The notes below the pieces were generated by a model that saw only the letters and a list, made by a program, of their open reading frames with translations, was not told the DNA's origin and ran no database searches. A program made the translations under genes and the position numbers. Of a DNA stretch of 64,000 nucleotides, positions 1 through 10,368 are shown one piece after another. The stretch comes from Promethearchaeota archaeon (GTDB taxonomy: Archaea > Asgardarchaeota > Lokiarchaeia > Sigyniarchaeales > SOKP01), in the NCBI GenBank assembly GCA_030599585.1, contig JAUVNS010000007.1, positions 209,694-273,693 of the forward strand, written 5' to 3'. Numbering within the stretch: position 1 is the first letter of the stretch; each line of letters begins with the position of its first letter.

Positions 1-1
1 T

Positions 2-1879
2 GCTACTGATGTAGTCCTCACTATTACTCAAATTCTTAGAGCCCACGGTGTAGTTGGTAAGTTTGTTGAATTCTATGGGCCAAGTCTTGACAAGTTAAGG
101 CTACCAGATCGAGCTACGATTGCAAATATGGCTCCTGAATACGGTGCTACAATGGGATTTTTTCCTGTAGATGATAAAACCATAGACTATCTTATTTTGA
201 GTGGTCGCGAAAAAGAGCACATTGAATTTGTAAGGGAATATTTAAAAAAAGTAGGTCTGTATTATGCTCCATCTACATCAACTCCAAATTTTAGTGAAAC
301 CTTAGAAATTAATTTAACTGAGATAGAGCCTAGTTTAGCAGGACCAAAGAGACCACAAGATAGAATTTCTCTTAAAGATATGAGAAAAGAATTTATCAAT
401 CAACTAAAAACTTCTTATACCAAATCAGACGAAGTAGACTTAATAGCTGGTATTGATTCCGGCACCCTTAAACATGGGTCAGTTGTTATAGCGGCAATCA
501 CCTCATGCACAAATACTTCCAATCCTTCAGTTATGGTTGGAGCAGGAATGATTGCGAAAGCTGCTGTCGATAAGGGTTTAAAAGTCAAAAAACATGTTAA
601 AACCAGTTTTGCTCCCGGATCTCGAGTTGTTAGAGATTATTTAGAAAGCGCTGGATTATTACCTTATCTTGAAGAATTAGGATTTAATATTGTTGGTTAT
701 GGTTGTACTACTTGCATTGGAAATAGTGGACCACTCTCTAGTGATATAATTAAAAAAATCGAGGATAAAAATCTCACAGTTGCTTCAGTTCTTAGCGGGA
801 ATCGCAATTTCGAAGGCAGAATCAGTCCTTACACAAAAGCAAATTACTTAGCATCACCCCCCTTAGTAGTTGCTTACGCAATAGCAGGTACTATTGCAAT
901 TGATCTTGAAAATGAATCCTTAGGTCTAGATTCAGAGGGAAATCCCGTATTCTTAAAAGATATTTGGCCATCTCATAAAGAATGTCAACAAATTTACATG
1001 AGTAACGTCAACCCAGATCAATTTACTAAAGAATATGGAGAAATTTTTAAAGGGTGGGAATTATGGAATAATTTAAAACCTCCAACAGAGAATGTCTATA
1101 AATGGGAAGAACAATCTACTTATGTAAGAGAGCCTCCTTTTTTCATGAATTTTCCCCTAGATACTCCTCCCTTAAAGGACATAGAAAGCGCAAAAATTCT
1201 TGCAATTTTAGGTGAAAGTGTAACTACCGACCATATTTCTCCAGCAGGAGCAATACCTGAAGAAATGCCTGCAGGGCGTTATCTAATTTCAAAAGGAATC
1301 GAACCTGAAGATTTCAATTCTTTTGGCTCTAGAAGGGGCAATCACGAGGTAATGATGAGGGGAACATTTGGAAACATACGAATCAAGAATTTACTTGTCG
1401 ATAAAGAAGGTGGTTGGACACTTTATCATCCTACGGGAGAAATAATGCCATTATATGATGCAGCTATGAAATACATTGCTTCTGAAACGCCATTGATAGT
1501 TATTGCTGGAAATGATTACGGAATGGGGAGTTCTCGAGATTGGGCAGCTAAAGGTACCCAACTACAAGGAGTAAAAGCAGTTATCGCTGAATCGTTCGAA
1601 AGAATTCACAGAAGCAATCTTGTAGGAATGGGCGTTTTGCCCTTAGAATTCAAAAAAGGAGAATCTGCAACAACTTTAAAACTAAAGGGAAATGAAACAA
1701 TTACTATCTCTGGAATAAAGAATATTAAGCCTTTCTCTGATCTGACAGTGAGAGTGAAAAAAGAAAATGGAGACATTTTTACATTTGATGTAGTCGTAAG
1801 ACTTGATAGTGAGGTAGATATTGAATATTACCAAAATGGCGGAATATTACATACAGTTCTAAGGAAAATGTTAAATTAG
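2..1879 (+). CDS. acnA: Aconitate hydratase A (AcnA/IRP type), 5'-truncated by window edge
   Basis: Frame open from position 2 (ATDVVLTITQILRAHGVVGKFVEFYGP...DRATIANMAPEYGAT); motifs AAITSCTNTSNP, GYGCTTCIGNSG, SGNRNFEGR, TTDHISPAG, YGMGSSRDWAAKG. Confidence 0.95.
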   Translation, partial: ATDVVLTITQILRAHGVVGKFVEFYGPSLDKLRLPDRATIANMAPEYGATMGFFPVDDKTIDYLILSGREKEHIEFVREYLKKVGLYYAPSTSTPNFSETLEINLTEIEPSLAGPKRPQDRISLKDMRKEFINQLKTSYTKSDEVDLIAGIDSGTLKHGSVVIAAITSCTNTSNPSVMVGAGMIAKAAVDKGLKVKKHVKTSFAPGSRVVRDYLESAGLLPYLEELGFNIVGYGCTTCIGNSGPLSSDIIKKIEDKNLTVASVLSGNRNFEGRISPYTKANYLASPPLVVAYAIAGTIAIDLENESLGLDSEGNPVFLKDIWPSHKECQQIYMSNVNPDQFTKEYGEIFKGWELWNNLKPPTENVYKWEEQSTYVREPPFFMNFPLDTPPLKDIESAKILAILGESVTTDHISPAGAIPEEMPAGRYLISKGIEPEDFNSFGSRRGNHEVMMRGTFGNIRIKNLLVDKEGGWTLYHPTGEIMPLYDAAMKYIASETPLIVIAGNDYGMGSSRDWAAKGTQLQGVKAVIAESFERIHRSNLVGMGVLPLEFKKGESATTLKLKGNETITISGIKNIKPFSDLTVRVKKENGDIFTFDVVVRLDSEVDIEYYQNGGILHTVLRKMLN

Positions 1880-2908
1880 ATCGCTTAATCTAAAATGTTG
1901 ATATTCATTTTTCTCTTGAGTAGCTGGGAAAAATTTCAAATCTATATCCTCACCTTCTTTCATTTCTACTAATGCAGTGCCATTTGTTTGGAATCTATTT
2001 CCAGTTTCTCGAAACTTTACAAACACCGAATCATCAGAAAGAACTCGAAGTAATCCTTCAGCATTCTTTTCTACATTATAAAGTAATTTAAGTCCACCTT
2101 CTAGCCTTTCCTTGGAAATAGATCCTTCCCCAATAGGAAAGTTCTTTGGACTAAAACCTTCTGAAATATAATGATTCGTATGAAAAAATCGATCCGTAAT
2201 ATCTGTCCTATAAGAAGCATTACCAGTAGTCTCTAGATTTACCGCAACATTTGTTTTTAAAGAACTTATGTTGTAGTTAGCTCCGCCAGAACGCGGGTTA
2301 TATCTTTGGGCTGCAAAAAGTGCATCCTCAATAGTTTTCTGTTCAAGCATATTTCTTCCAAGAAAAATACGAGATATACCTACGCTTTTTGCAGGATCTG
2401 GTAATGAATTACAACAAAAAAAGATTCCATGAGAATTAAATCCAAACGACATTCCAGGTAAGATTCCGGGATATGAATACGCGAAGAAAGAGGTCCCATT
2501 TTCTAATTCTTCGTATAAGAAATACGCATTTTTACCCATAATTGGATGCGCATCTTCATTATGAGCAATTAAAGTATTTCTTTCAAATTTAAAAATCCCT
2601 GTTGAACAATTATCTGCTCTTGGCATGTGTTTATAATTATGAATGAAAATATCGCGAAATTCTATTCCAGATCCTTCGGCATAACCCTTGAGCTCTTCCA
2701 TGTATTGTGGAAAATATTTCTCTGAAATGTTCTTTACTTTGTTTAATCTCTCGGGATTTTTTTCGTCCCATTCTTTATTTTCTTTAAAAGCAGGTAAATT
2801 GTCTAAAGTATTCTTTATTCGATCCCTAAAGTGCTGTCCAATTTGAAATCCGATTTCGTAATTGGTTCCACTAACTCTTAAAAACGGAAGTGTATCTTGA
2901 GTATTCAT
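1871..2908 (-). CDS. Peptidase C45 family (acyl-CoA:6-APA acyltransferase-like) Ntn-hydrolase
   Basis: G-T-x-Y-E-I-G-x-Q-x-G N-terminus, E-L-x-G-x-A-x-G, autoprocessing CST followed by AHNED, G-F-N-x-x-G and HTNHY. Confidence 0.8.
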   Translation of the reverse strand: MNTQDTLPFLRVSGTNYEIGFQIGQHFRDRIKNTLDNLPAFKENKEWDEKNPERLNKVKNISEKYFPQYMEELKGYAEGSGIEFRDIFIHNYKHMPRADNCSTGIFKFERNTLIAHNEDAHPIMGKNAYFLYEELENGTSFFAYSYPGILPGMSFGFNSHGIFFCCNSLPDPAKSVGISRIFLGRNMLEQKTIEDALFAAQRYNPRSGGANYNISSLKTNVAVNLETTGNASYRTDITDRFFHTNHYISEGFSPKNFPIGEGSISKERLEGGLKLLYNVEKNAEGLLRVLSDDSVFVKFRETGNRFQTNGTALVEMKEGEDIDLKFFPATQEKNEYQHFRLSDLI

Positions 2909-3247
2909 ATTATGAAAAAAGTAAGCTGATTTTTAATTATTATAATTATTTATCCAATTAAATAAAATATTTTTTATAAAATTATTCAAATGGATAATAT
3001 AATATTTTAAGTAATATCGGGATTTAAAAAAAAAAGAATGCTTAGAACCAAAATTAAAAATTGAGTTATATTGATAATCTAACATACTAAATATTAACGA
3101 AGGTTGGGGGATTGACCAATTCAAAAAGAGAAGCGTTAAGTATCTCACTCACAACATAATATATACAGTACAAGAAAATATTTATGAACCTAATATGCAC
3201 ATGGATGATGTGGCGGTACAAATAAAAAAATAAGAGGATGCAGAAAT

Positions 3248-3832
3248 ATGAGCAAAAATAAACATTTCGGTATGGTAATTGATCAAGAAAGATGTATTGG
3301 ATGCGAGGCGTGTAGCTTAGCTTGTCGGATTGAAAATAATTCAACGGAATTCTGGATTAAAGTTGAAACTCAAGGAGGAAAAGCAAAAAATACTCCAGCT
3401 GGCAAATATCAAAATCTAACTTTAAATTATCTCCCCAAATTATGCAATCATTGTTCAAATCCGCCGTGTGTTGAAGTTTGTCCCGTTGATGCGCTTCAAA
3501 AACGAGATGATGGGCCAGTAGTATTAGATCAGAATTTATGCACAGGTTGTAAAGCTTGTATTAAAGCATGTCCATACGATGTTATTGTTTTCGATGAAAA
3601 AAGTAATCATGCTGAAAAATGTAATTTATGCGTTCATCGAATTGATAAGGGTCTCGAACCTTTTTGCGTTATTTGTTGCGAGGGACAAGCTATGTATTTT
3701 GGTGATTTGAACGATCCAACTAGTGAAGTTTCCCAACTTCTTTTAAAGAGGATCAATTTTCAATTAAAGCCAGAAGAGCTAACGAATCCTTCGATCCATT
3801 ATCTTCCACCTAAACCAAAAAGAGAACTGTAA
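3248..3832 (+). CDS. 4x[4Fe-4S] electron-transfer subunit (DmsB/NrfC/TtrB family)
   Basis: CIGCEACSLAC, CNHCSNPPCVEVCP, CTGCKACIKACPY, KCNLC...PFCVICC, GDLNDP. Confidence 0.9.
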   Translation: MSKNKHFGMVIDQERCIGCEACSLACRIENNSTEFWIKVETQGGKAKNTPAGKYQNLTLNYLPKLCNHCSNPPCVEVCPVDALQKRDDGPVVLDQNLCTGCKACIKACPYDVIVFDEKSNHAEKCNLCVHRIDKGLEPFCVICCEGQAMYFGDLNDPTSEVSQLLLKRINFQLKPEELTNPSIHYLPPKPKREL

Positions 3833-3897
3833 AAAATAATATATTAAAGAAGGAGAATGTCTTTTAAAAAAAAAAATTGAGATAAATTTTTAGTTTA

Positions 3898-4584
3898 TTA
3901 TTCTCTCTTCTTGAAAAAGCGACTATAGGATGTATATTGCCACAACATATAAACAATTGTTCCTATTATCATGAGCATTCCAAGCATTGGGGCAATCTCT
4001 CCGAAGAAGATCACTGGCATGTAGAAAAAATACGAAACAAAAATGTAAATTCCAATTCTAACTAATTGTTTGTCATCAACCGCTTTTGCGTCTCGATATA
4101 TTAATATTGAAAGTGCTATTCCTTGTATCAGCCATGGTATGTTTCGGAATACTAACCATTCGTAAGGAGCTGATTGAGCTGTCCATTGATTTTGAGGAAA
4201 TACAAATATTATCAATCCAACTATTCCGATACCAATTAATACTTTAAACAGTAAATTCTTCGGATGATTAAACTGTACCCGCCAAGCATCTGTGAAAAAC
4301 ATAAATAGAAAGATTAAACCAACCGCTTCTAAGAGAGATCCGATTCCTGAAATAGCATAGCTCATTTCTCCCTCTCCAGAGAAAAAAACGATTAGTCGAG
4401 CACCTACATGCCCTAAATCACCTATAAATAACATTATAAATGCTAATCGTATTCTTTTTGCTGTCGTGATTTCTTTCTGATTTACCTTTTTCAGGTTTTT
4501 TGACATCAGAATTACAATTGCACAGATATATATTAAATAGATAACACTGAATGTTATCTCCATTATAACTTGAGGTTCCGCCAT
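3898..4584 (-). CDS. Integral membrane protein (~7 TM), unknown function
   Basis: Several hydrophobic segments and a GDLGH motif; ATG at 4584 follows a GGTGA RBS (track start 4593 is the GTG inside the RBS). Confidence 0.7.
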   Translation of the reverse strand: MAEPQVIMEITFSVIYLIYICAIVILMSKNLKKVNQKEITTAKRIRLAFIMLFIGDLGHVGARLIVFFSGEGEMSYAISGIGSLLEAVGLIFLFMFFTDAWRVQFNHPKNLLFKVLIGIGIVGLIIFVFPQNQWTAQSAPYEWLVFRNIPWLIQGIALSILIYRDAKAVDDKQLVRIGIYIFVSYFFYMPVIFFGEIAPMLGMLMIIGTIVYMLWQYTSYSRFFKKRE

Positions 4585-4737
4585 AATTGTCACCGAATTT
4601 CGTGTTCTTAAAATCTATCTAATTTTCATAAATATATACATTTCTATTCTTGAAGAAATAATCGTAATAAACGGGCAAAGGAGTTAAGGATTTCAAGCAA
4701 ACTCGAAAATTGATGCTCGTAATGAAAAAAAAGAATA

Positions 4738-5322
4738 TTAAGTATTAAGTTTTTGGAGCAAGTAAGCCATGTTTTTACCTAAATTTTGAAAAGTAGCTAT
4801 ACCTTCTCTGTCTTCCATAATTTTTTCAGGGTTTAAAACATTTGGATTTACACCTAAATTCCAATAGCTACTACCAACTACAAACATCTGGTTAATTAGG
4901 AAAAAATAATTTATACTTGAAAAAACATGAGTTGCTCCTGCTCTTCTGACCGATACTACAGCGGCACCAACTTTATGTTTTAACAGGCTATCGTTTACTT
5001 TACTTACAAGACCTGCTCTTTCGATTAAAGCTTTCATTCTTGTGGTAGTATCTGCAAAATAAGTAGGTGATCCTAATATTATCCCATCAGCATTGAGCAT
5101 CTTTTCTAAATACTCATTTAATTTGTCAGTTTTGACACTACATCTCTTATCTTGATTTTCAACGCATCGATAACATGAGATACATCCCTGGATTTTATCC
5201 ATACCCATCCAAACATATTCAGTCTCAATTCCGGCACTCTTCAATTCGTCCATTACCACATTTAAACATATGGCGGTATTACCCTCACTCCTTGGACTTC
5301 CATTAAAAACAACTACTTTCAT
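4738..5322 (-). CDS. Iron-sulfur flavoprotein / NADPH-dependent FMN reductase (flavodoxin-like)
   Basis: NGSPRSEGNT, compact CISCYRC-x7-C cluster motif, ADGIILGSPTYF, RRAG. Confidence 0.88.
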   Translation of the reverse strand: MKVVVFNGSPRSEGNTAICLNVVMDELKSAGIETEYVWMGMDKIQGCISCYRCVENQDKRCSVKTDKLNEYLEKMLNADGIILGSPTYFADTTTRMKALIERAGLVSKVNDSLLKHKVGAAVVSVRRAGATHVFSSINYFFLINQMFVVGSSYWNLGVNPNVLNPEKIMEDREGIATFQNLGKNMAYLLQKLNT

Positions 5323-5474
5323 ATTTTAACATCTACTAATTAGTATTTTTTATTAACTATTGTATAATTTAATAACTTTCTTCTTCAATTTCTTAATATT
5401 GACTTCTATTCGTCTTCATTAGCAATAACTGGAATGTCAATAATCTTAATTATTTCCAAACATAAATATTTCTT

Positions 5475-6137
5475 TTAATCTAGTATTCTGAACTCAATCT
5501 CCCGTCCTTTATTATTAAAGCATTTTATACTGTGTAAATTATACGGAGAAGCGATAATAAAATTGAATTGTTTTGTTTTAAAAACATGATTAATATCAGT
5601 AAGAGAAGGATTAGGATTTCCAGAAGGATGGGAATGAATAGATCCCTTGAGAGTTGAATCAAAGCCCAACCTACTAGGAATAAAAAGTCCAGAAGTGTTA
5701 GAGGTAATTGCTCCTGGAGGTAATATAAATTCTATCGCAATTCCATCAATGATTCTTAGAAGTCCTAATATTTCTCTCGGATGTTGATTTTTACATAACG
5801 CAAAAAGTCCATTAAGTAATTCTTTTTTAATTTTTATTTCTTTAGAATCCAAATTATTAATGAAAGTTAATATTTCATCAATGAGATCGACAATAGAAGG
5901 AGGATTTTTTTTTTCCCATCGATTTAATAAAGGAATAATTTTATCAACTTTTCGATAAACGCGGTCATCTTTACTAATTAAATTAACAATTGGTTTTTTT
6001 GGGTAATTTTTGAAGTTGATTTTCAAAAAAAATTTATCTCTTAAAGGAATTTTTACATGAGAAATACGAGCGTCCTCAAGAATTGCATTAGGATAAAATT
6101 CAATTATCTTTTGATATTGATCTTCAATAATTTTCAT
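5475..6137 (-). CDS. UEV/RWD(E2)-like domain fused to JAB/MPN+ metalloprotease
   Basis: C-terminal JAMM motif E(HPRE)...HSHPSGNPNPSLTD (HxHx7SxxD); N-terminal F-x-N-Y-P-x-x-P and L-x-x-W-x5-P-x-I-x-x-L-I-x-E-I pattern typical of the UBC fold; no Cys in that domain. Confidence 0.75.
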   Translation of the reverse strand: MKIIEDQYQKIIEFYPNAILEDARISHVKIPLRDKFFLKINFKNYPKKPIVNLISKDDRVYRKVDKIIPLLNRWEKKNPPSIVDLIDEILTFINNLDSKEIKIKKELLNGLFALCKNQHPREILGLLRIIDGIAIEFILPPGAITSNTSGLFIPSRLGFDSTLKGSIHSHPSGNPNPSLTDINHVFKTKQFNFIIASPYNLHSIKCFNNKGREIEFRILD

Positions 6138-6151
6138 AACAATCCCTAAAA

Positions 6152-6913
6152 TTATTCTAATTTGCCAAGATATATTTCGGTATCGTATTCAATTCTAATA
6201 ATTCCATTCCGTTGGTGCTTGTTAAACAAATCTTCCAATTCAAGTATCATTTTTGGGAAAATAGGATTATCAACTAAAGGAATATAAGATGAAGAAAGGA
6301 CTCTACCTTTAAAACTGGTAAAACTTAAATCTTGAAAATTATCAAATGTTTCTTTTTGGTAATTAAAGAAGAGATCAACATTTTTCTCATTTTTCCTTAC
6401 TTCTTTATAATCTATACCGTATTTTAAAATGAAATTTTCATAGCTACTATTAAACTCTGCTCCGGATTTTCCACGATTGTTCCAAATTAACGCTACATTT
6501 CCATTCGGTTTTAATATTCTTTTAAATTCTCTCTTAGACTCCTCTACATCGAACCAATGAAAAGCTTGTCCAGCAGTGATAAGCTCTACAGAATTCTCTT
6601 CTAATCCCGTGGACTCAGCCGAACCGTCAAGACTTGTAAAATTTGGATATCCTTGGAGGGTTTTTTCAGCTGCTTCTCTCATATCTTTATTAGGTTCAAT
6701 ACCATAAACCTCGTTTCCGTTATCCAAGAATAGTTTAGCGAGAATTCCTGTACCTGAACCTATATCGGCGATTACAGCATCTTCTGCTAAATTTTTTTTC
6801 CCTTTTAGAAATTCTATAATTTTTAGTGGGTAGCTTGGTCGGTATTTGATATAGTTTTCTACTCTGGAAGAAAATCTCTTCTTCGGTTCAATAGCATATT
6901 TCCTATTGCTCAT
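6152..6913 (-). CDS. Class I SAM-dependent methyltransferase
   Basis: ADIGSGTG motif I, Y-x-x-Y-R-P-S-Y-P, AGQAFHWFD, RILKPNG. Confidence 0.9.
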   Translation of the reverse strand: MSNRKYAIEPKKRFSSRVENYIKYRPSYPLKIIEFLKGKKNLAEDAVIADIGSGTGILAKLFLDNGNEVYGIEPNKDMREAAEKTLQGYPNFTSLDGSAESTGLEENSVELITAGQAFHWFDVEESKREFKRILKPNGNVALIWNNRGKSGAEFNSSYENFILKYGIDYKEVRKNEKNVDLFFNYQKETFDNFQDLSFTSFKGRVLSSSYIPLVDNPIFPKMILELEDLFNKHQRNGIIRIEYDTEIYLGKLE

Positions 6914-7032
6914 TGAATCTCGATAACACTTAATTGAATTAATTATTTTCTAAAAATCTTTAAATACCATTAGATCATAGTATTGTCTGTAAATGAATAG
7001 CTAATTTTACATTATTATTTTTGGTGTTATCC

Positions 7033-8121
7033 ATGGTTGAAAAAAAAAAAATAGAGTCAATTCCGAGTAATACACCTATTGAAAATGTTCCAGTTGATTA
7101 TTACCCACAAGGCTGTGGAAATTGGTATGAAATCGAGGAAGACATTGATGCTGGAAAAAAAATGTTTTTCAGAGATAGCAAACACGGGACTGGAGATTCA
7201 GAAAATACGATTGTTTTTGTTCATGGCAACCCTGAGTGTTCGTACACATATAGAGGTGTTATAAAGCACTTAGTTAGCACAGCTAAAAAACCTATTAGGA
7301 TTGTAGCAATGGATCACATTGGTTTTGGTTTATCTGATCAGGCTTCTTTTGAGATGGTTTGCATGGATCACGCTCAAAATTTGGGTCAATTAATACGACA
7401 TTTGAATTTACGAAATGTTACTTTTATCATCCACGATTGGGGTGGCCCAATCGGTGTTGGAGCGTTTTTAAAATTACCCGAACGCATATCAAATTTAGTG
7501 ATATTAAATAGTACTGTTTTTCCAATACCACTTACAGGATTAACATTTAAGAATTATCCCCTGAAGCGATTACCATGGAGTAAGTTACCAAAAACAATAC
7601 CTAATAATTATTGGGGAGCGTTTTCATCGTTTGCTATTTTTTATACTCTTGAAAACCCTGATGATTTATTAACAAACATGCCAACCATGCTTGCCAACGC
7701 AAAAGAGAAGGGTACGCTAATGGAAAACGAGAGCGTTAGTCAAAGGATATTTAGAGAACAATTCCAATCTAAACCGAATACATTAAGCTCAAAACGCTTA
7801 GTTCTTCAAACACCATTATGGGGTCACGGAAATATATATAAAGAACCAGCATTAGGAGAACGCGATACAACTCCCTTTTATCGCTTTATACAGGACAATA
7901 TTAGTAATCTTTGGGGTCCTGATGGCCAAAATATCGGTGTTCGGGCGGTTATTGGCAAAAAGGATCCATTAGCAAAAGAGGAAGTCTTACAGCAATGGGT
8001 TGATCATCTTCCTCAACTTGAAGGTCACATAAAGATTTTTGAAAACAGAAACCATTTTATTGAAGAATTTGAACCGGAAGCGATTGCTAATGCCATTATC
8101 GATGTAGCAAGGTTAAAATAA
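7033..8121 (+). CDS. Alpha/beta hydrolase, haloalkane-dehalogenase/OleB-like
   Basis: HGNP-x-x-S-Y-x-Y-R, DHIGFGLSD, nucleophile motif HDWGG, C-terminal HFIEE; ATG at 7033 preferred to TTG at 7021. Confidence 0.8.
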   Translation: MVEKKKIESIPSNTPIENVPVDYYPQGCGNWYEIEEDIDAGKKMFFRDSKHGTGDSENTIVFVHGNPECSYTYRGVIKHLVSTAKKPIRIVAMDHIGFGLSDQASFEMVCMDHAQNLGQLIRHLNLRNVTFIIHDWGGPIGVGAFLKLPERISNLVILNSTVFPIPLTGLTFKNYPLKRLPWSKLPKTIPNNYWGAFSSFAIFYTLENPDDLLTNMPTMLANAKEKGTLMENESVSQRIFREQFQSKPNTLSSKRLVLQTPLWGHGNIYKEPALGERDTTPFYRFIQDNISNLWGPDGQNIGVRAVIGKKDPLAKEEVLQQWVDHLPQLEGHIKIFENRNHFIEEFEPEAIANAIIDVARLK

Positions 8122-8151
8122 GTAAAAAAATGAAAAAAATAAATAATAAAA

Positions 8152-10071
8152 TTAACTGTGTTTTTGTTTTATAAACGGAAGTTTTCCTCCCGCTTTTAGA
8201 ACATTAATCTCTGTTACGCTTAAAGAATGAGTTAAATTAATTTCAGTACCTTTAGAGAGATTTTTTAATGCTACATTCCCTGATTCTATCGTAGTTAGAT
8301 CGATTTCTAAGTTATCTCCTTGTTCAACCTTAGCATAATCATCTGTATTTGCAAATGTTAATGGTACGATACCAAAGTTTACAAGGTTAGCTAGATGGAT
8401 TCGAGCAAACGATTTCACTATAACTGCTTTAAGTCCGAGATATTTTGGTGCTATAGCTGCGTGTTCTCTACTTGAACCTTGACCATAGTTTTCTCCTCCA
8501 ACAATAAAACCACCATTCTTTTCTAAAGATCTCTCTGGAAAAGTTGAGTCTACCAGATTGAAGACAAATTTACTGATTTCAGGAATATTAGATCTTAAAG
8601 GCAAAATTTTAGCCCCTGCTGGCATTATATGATCGGTAGTAATATCATCTTCGACTTTAAGAAGAAGTTCCCCTTCTAATTTGTTTGGTAAAGGATTGAA
8701 TTCTGGTAAGGGCTTTATATTAGGTCCACGGACGATTTCAATAGATTCTTGACCTGCCTTTGGTGGAATGATCATATTATCGTTAACCATAAATTTTTCT
8801 GGCATTATTATCTCTGGAAATTTGCCAAAAGATCTTGGATCAGTAATCTTGCCATGAATTGCAGATACAGCCGCAGTTTCGGGGCTTACTAGATATGCTT
8901 GAGCGCTTTTAGTTCCAGATCTTCCAAGAAAATTTCTATTAAAAGTTCTTAATGTAACGGCATCAGTTTTTGGCGCCAGTCCCATACCAATACAAGGACC
9001 GCATGCGTTTTCTAGAATTCTTGCTCCCGCTTCAATTAAATATGCCATCTCGCCAGATGTTATCATGTGATCAACAACTTGACGAGAACCAGGTGAGACG
9101 GTTAAGACAGTATGTTCATTAACAGTTTTTCCTTTTAAGATATTAGCAGAGATTTTAAGATCTCTTAAGGTTGAGTTCGTACAACTCCCAATGCAAACTT
9201 GATCAACTTTTAATCCTTCTATTTCCTTTACAGTTTTTATATTGCCCGGGCTATGTGGCGTGGCTACAAGAGGGACAAGTTCGCTCAGATTTATTTCTAT
9301 TGTTTCGTCATAGACTGCATCTTCATCTGGTTCTAAAAGAACCCATTGATCCCCTCTTTCTTGAGATACTAAGAATTCTTTTGTAATATCGTCAGATGGA
9401 AATATCGAGGTTGTGGCTCCCGTTTCAGTTCCCATGTTGGTTATTGTACCTCGCTCAGGTACACTTAGAGTCTTAATTCCTGGGCCAGTGTATTCCAATA
9501 CTTTATTAACTGCACCTTTAACACCAATTCTCCTTAAGACTTCGAGAATCACGTCTTTTGCTGCCACAAAATCAGGTAGTTTCCCGGTAAGAAGTACGTT
9601 TACAACCTTAGGCATTTTTAAATGAAAAGATTCTCCTGCCATCGCAGCTGCTACATCTAATCCACCGGCGCCTATAGCTATCATACCTACACCTCCACCA
9701 GTCGGAGTGTGGCTATCGCTCCCTAATAAAGTTTTTCCAGGGCGTGCAAAGCGTTCCAAATGCAGCTGGTGGCAAATACCATTTCCTGGGCGTGAAAAAT
9801 AAAGCCCGTATTTAGCAGCAATACTTTGTAGATATCTATGATCGTCGGGATTTTTAAAATCAGTCTGTAAAGTATTGTGATCTACATAACTGACCGATAA
9901 CTCAGTCTGAATGTGAGATATACCTATCGCTTCGAATTGCAAATAAGCCATAGTACCCGTAGCATCTTGGGTTAAGGTTTGGTCAATTTTTATACTAATA
10001 TCTGTTCCACGTTCTGATTTACCATCAACCAAGTGCTCTTCTATTACTTTTTCAGTTAAAGTTTTCCCCAT
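8152..10071 (-). CDS. Aconitate hydratase, short (~640 aa) type
   Basis: TQDATGTMA, DHNTLQ, GNGICHQ, GSDSHT, IGSCTNS, ACGPCIG, FNRNF-x-GRSG, TTDHIMPAG, YGQGSSREHAA. Confidence 0.92.
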   Translation of the reverse strand: MGKTLTEKVIEEHLVDGKSERGTDISIKIDQTLTQDATGTMAYLQFEAIGISHIQTELSVSYVDHNTLQTDFKNPDDHRYLQSIAAKYGLYFSRPGNGICHQLHLERFARPGKTLLGSDSHTPTGGGVGMIAIGAGGLDVAAAMAGESFHLKMPKVVNVLLTGKLPDFVAAKDVILEVLRRIGVKGAVNKVLEYTGPGIKTLSVPERGTITNMGTETGATTSIFPSDDITKEFLVSQERGDQWVLLEPDEDAVYDETIEINLSELVPLVATPHSPGNIKTVKEIEGLKVDQVCIGSCTNSTLRDLKISANILKGKTVNEHTVLTVSPGSRQVVDHMITSGEMAYLIEAGARILENACGPCIGMGLAPKTDAVTLRTFNRNFLGRSGTKSAQAYLVSPETAAVSAIHGKITDPRSFGKFPEIIMPEKFMVNDNMIIPPKAGQESIEIVRGPNIKPLPEFNPLPNKLEGELLLKVEDDITTDHIMPAGAKILPLRSNIPEISKFVFNLVDSTFPERSLEKNGGFIVGGENYGQGSSREHAAIAPKYLGLKAVIVKSFARIHLANLVNFGIVPLTFANTDDYAKVEQGDNLEIDLTTIESGNVALKNLSKGTEINLTHSLSVTEINVLKAGGKLPFIKQKHS

Positions 10072-10368
10072 AATAACTTTTAACCAATATCAATTTAGTT
10101 TTATTTTTTATTTTATTATTTTATTGAAAGTCTTAATTTAATCTATTTGTGAACAAAATAGATACAAGTTATCTAAAATGAAAATGTTATTAAACTTTTC
10201 CTTTGATAAGTTAGGTGATTTGCCCACTTTTCTCCCTTTAAACAAGGAGTTTAAAAAAAAATATCGTGTTGGATGATTCTCGTACTTTCACAAACAAAAT
10301 CTTTAACTTTATTAACTAATCTAACTAATTAATTTCTAGGCAAAAGCTTCAAAAAAATAAAAAATACG

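Noticed and set aside
2933-3344. Short minus-strand ORFs 2933-3148 and 3087-3344, and the other short nested ORFs in the track
   Set aside because: Low-complexity AT-rich or overlapping well-supported genes, with no motifs or RBS.
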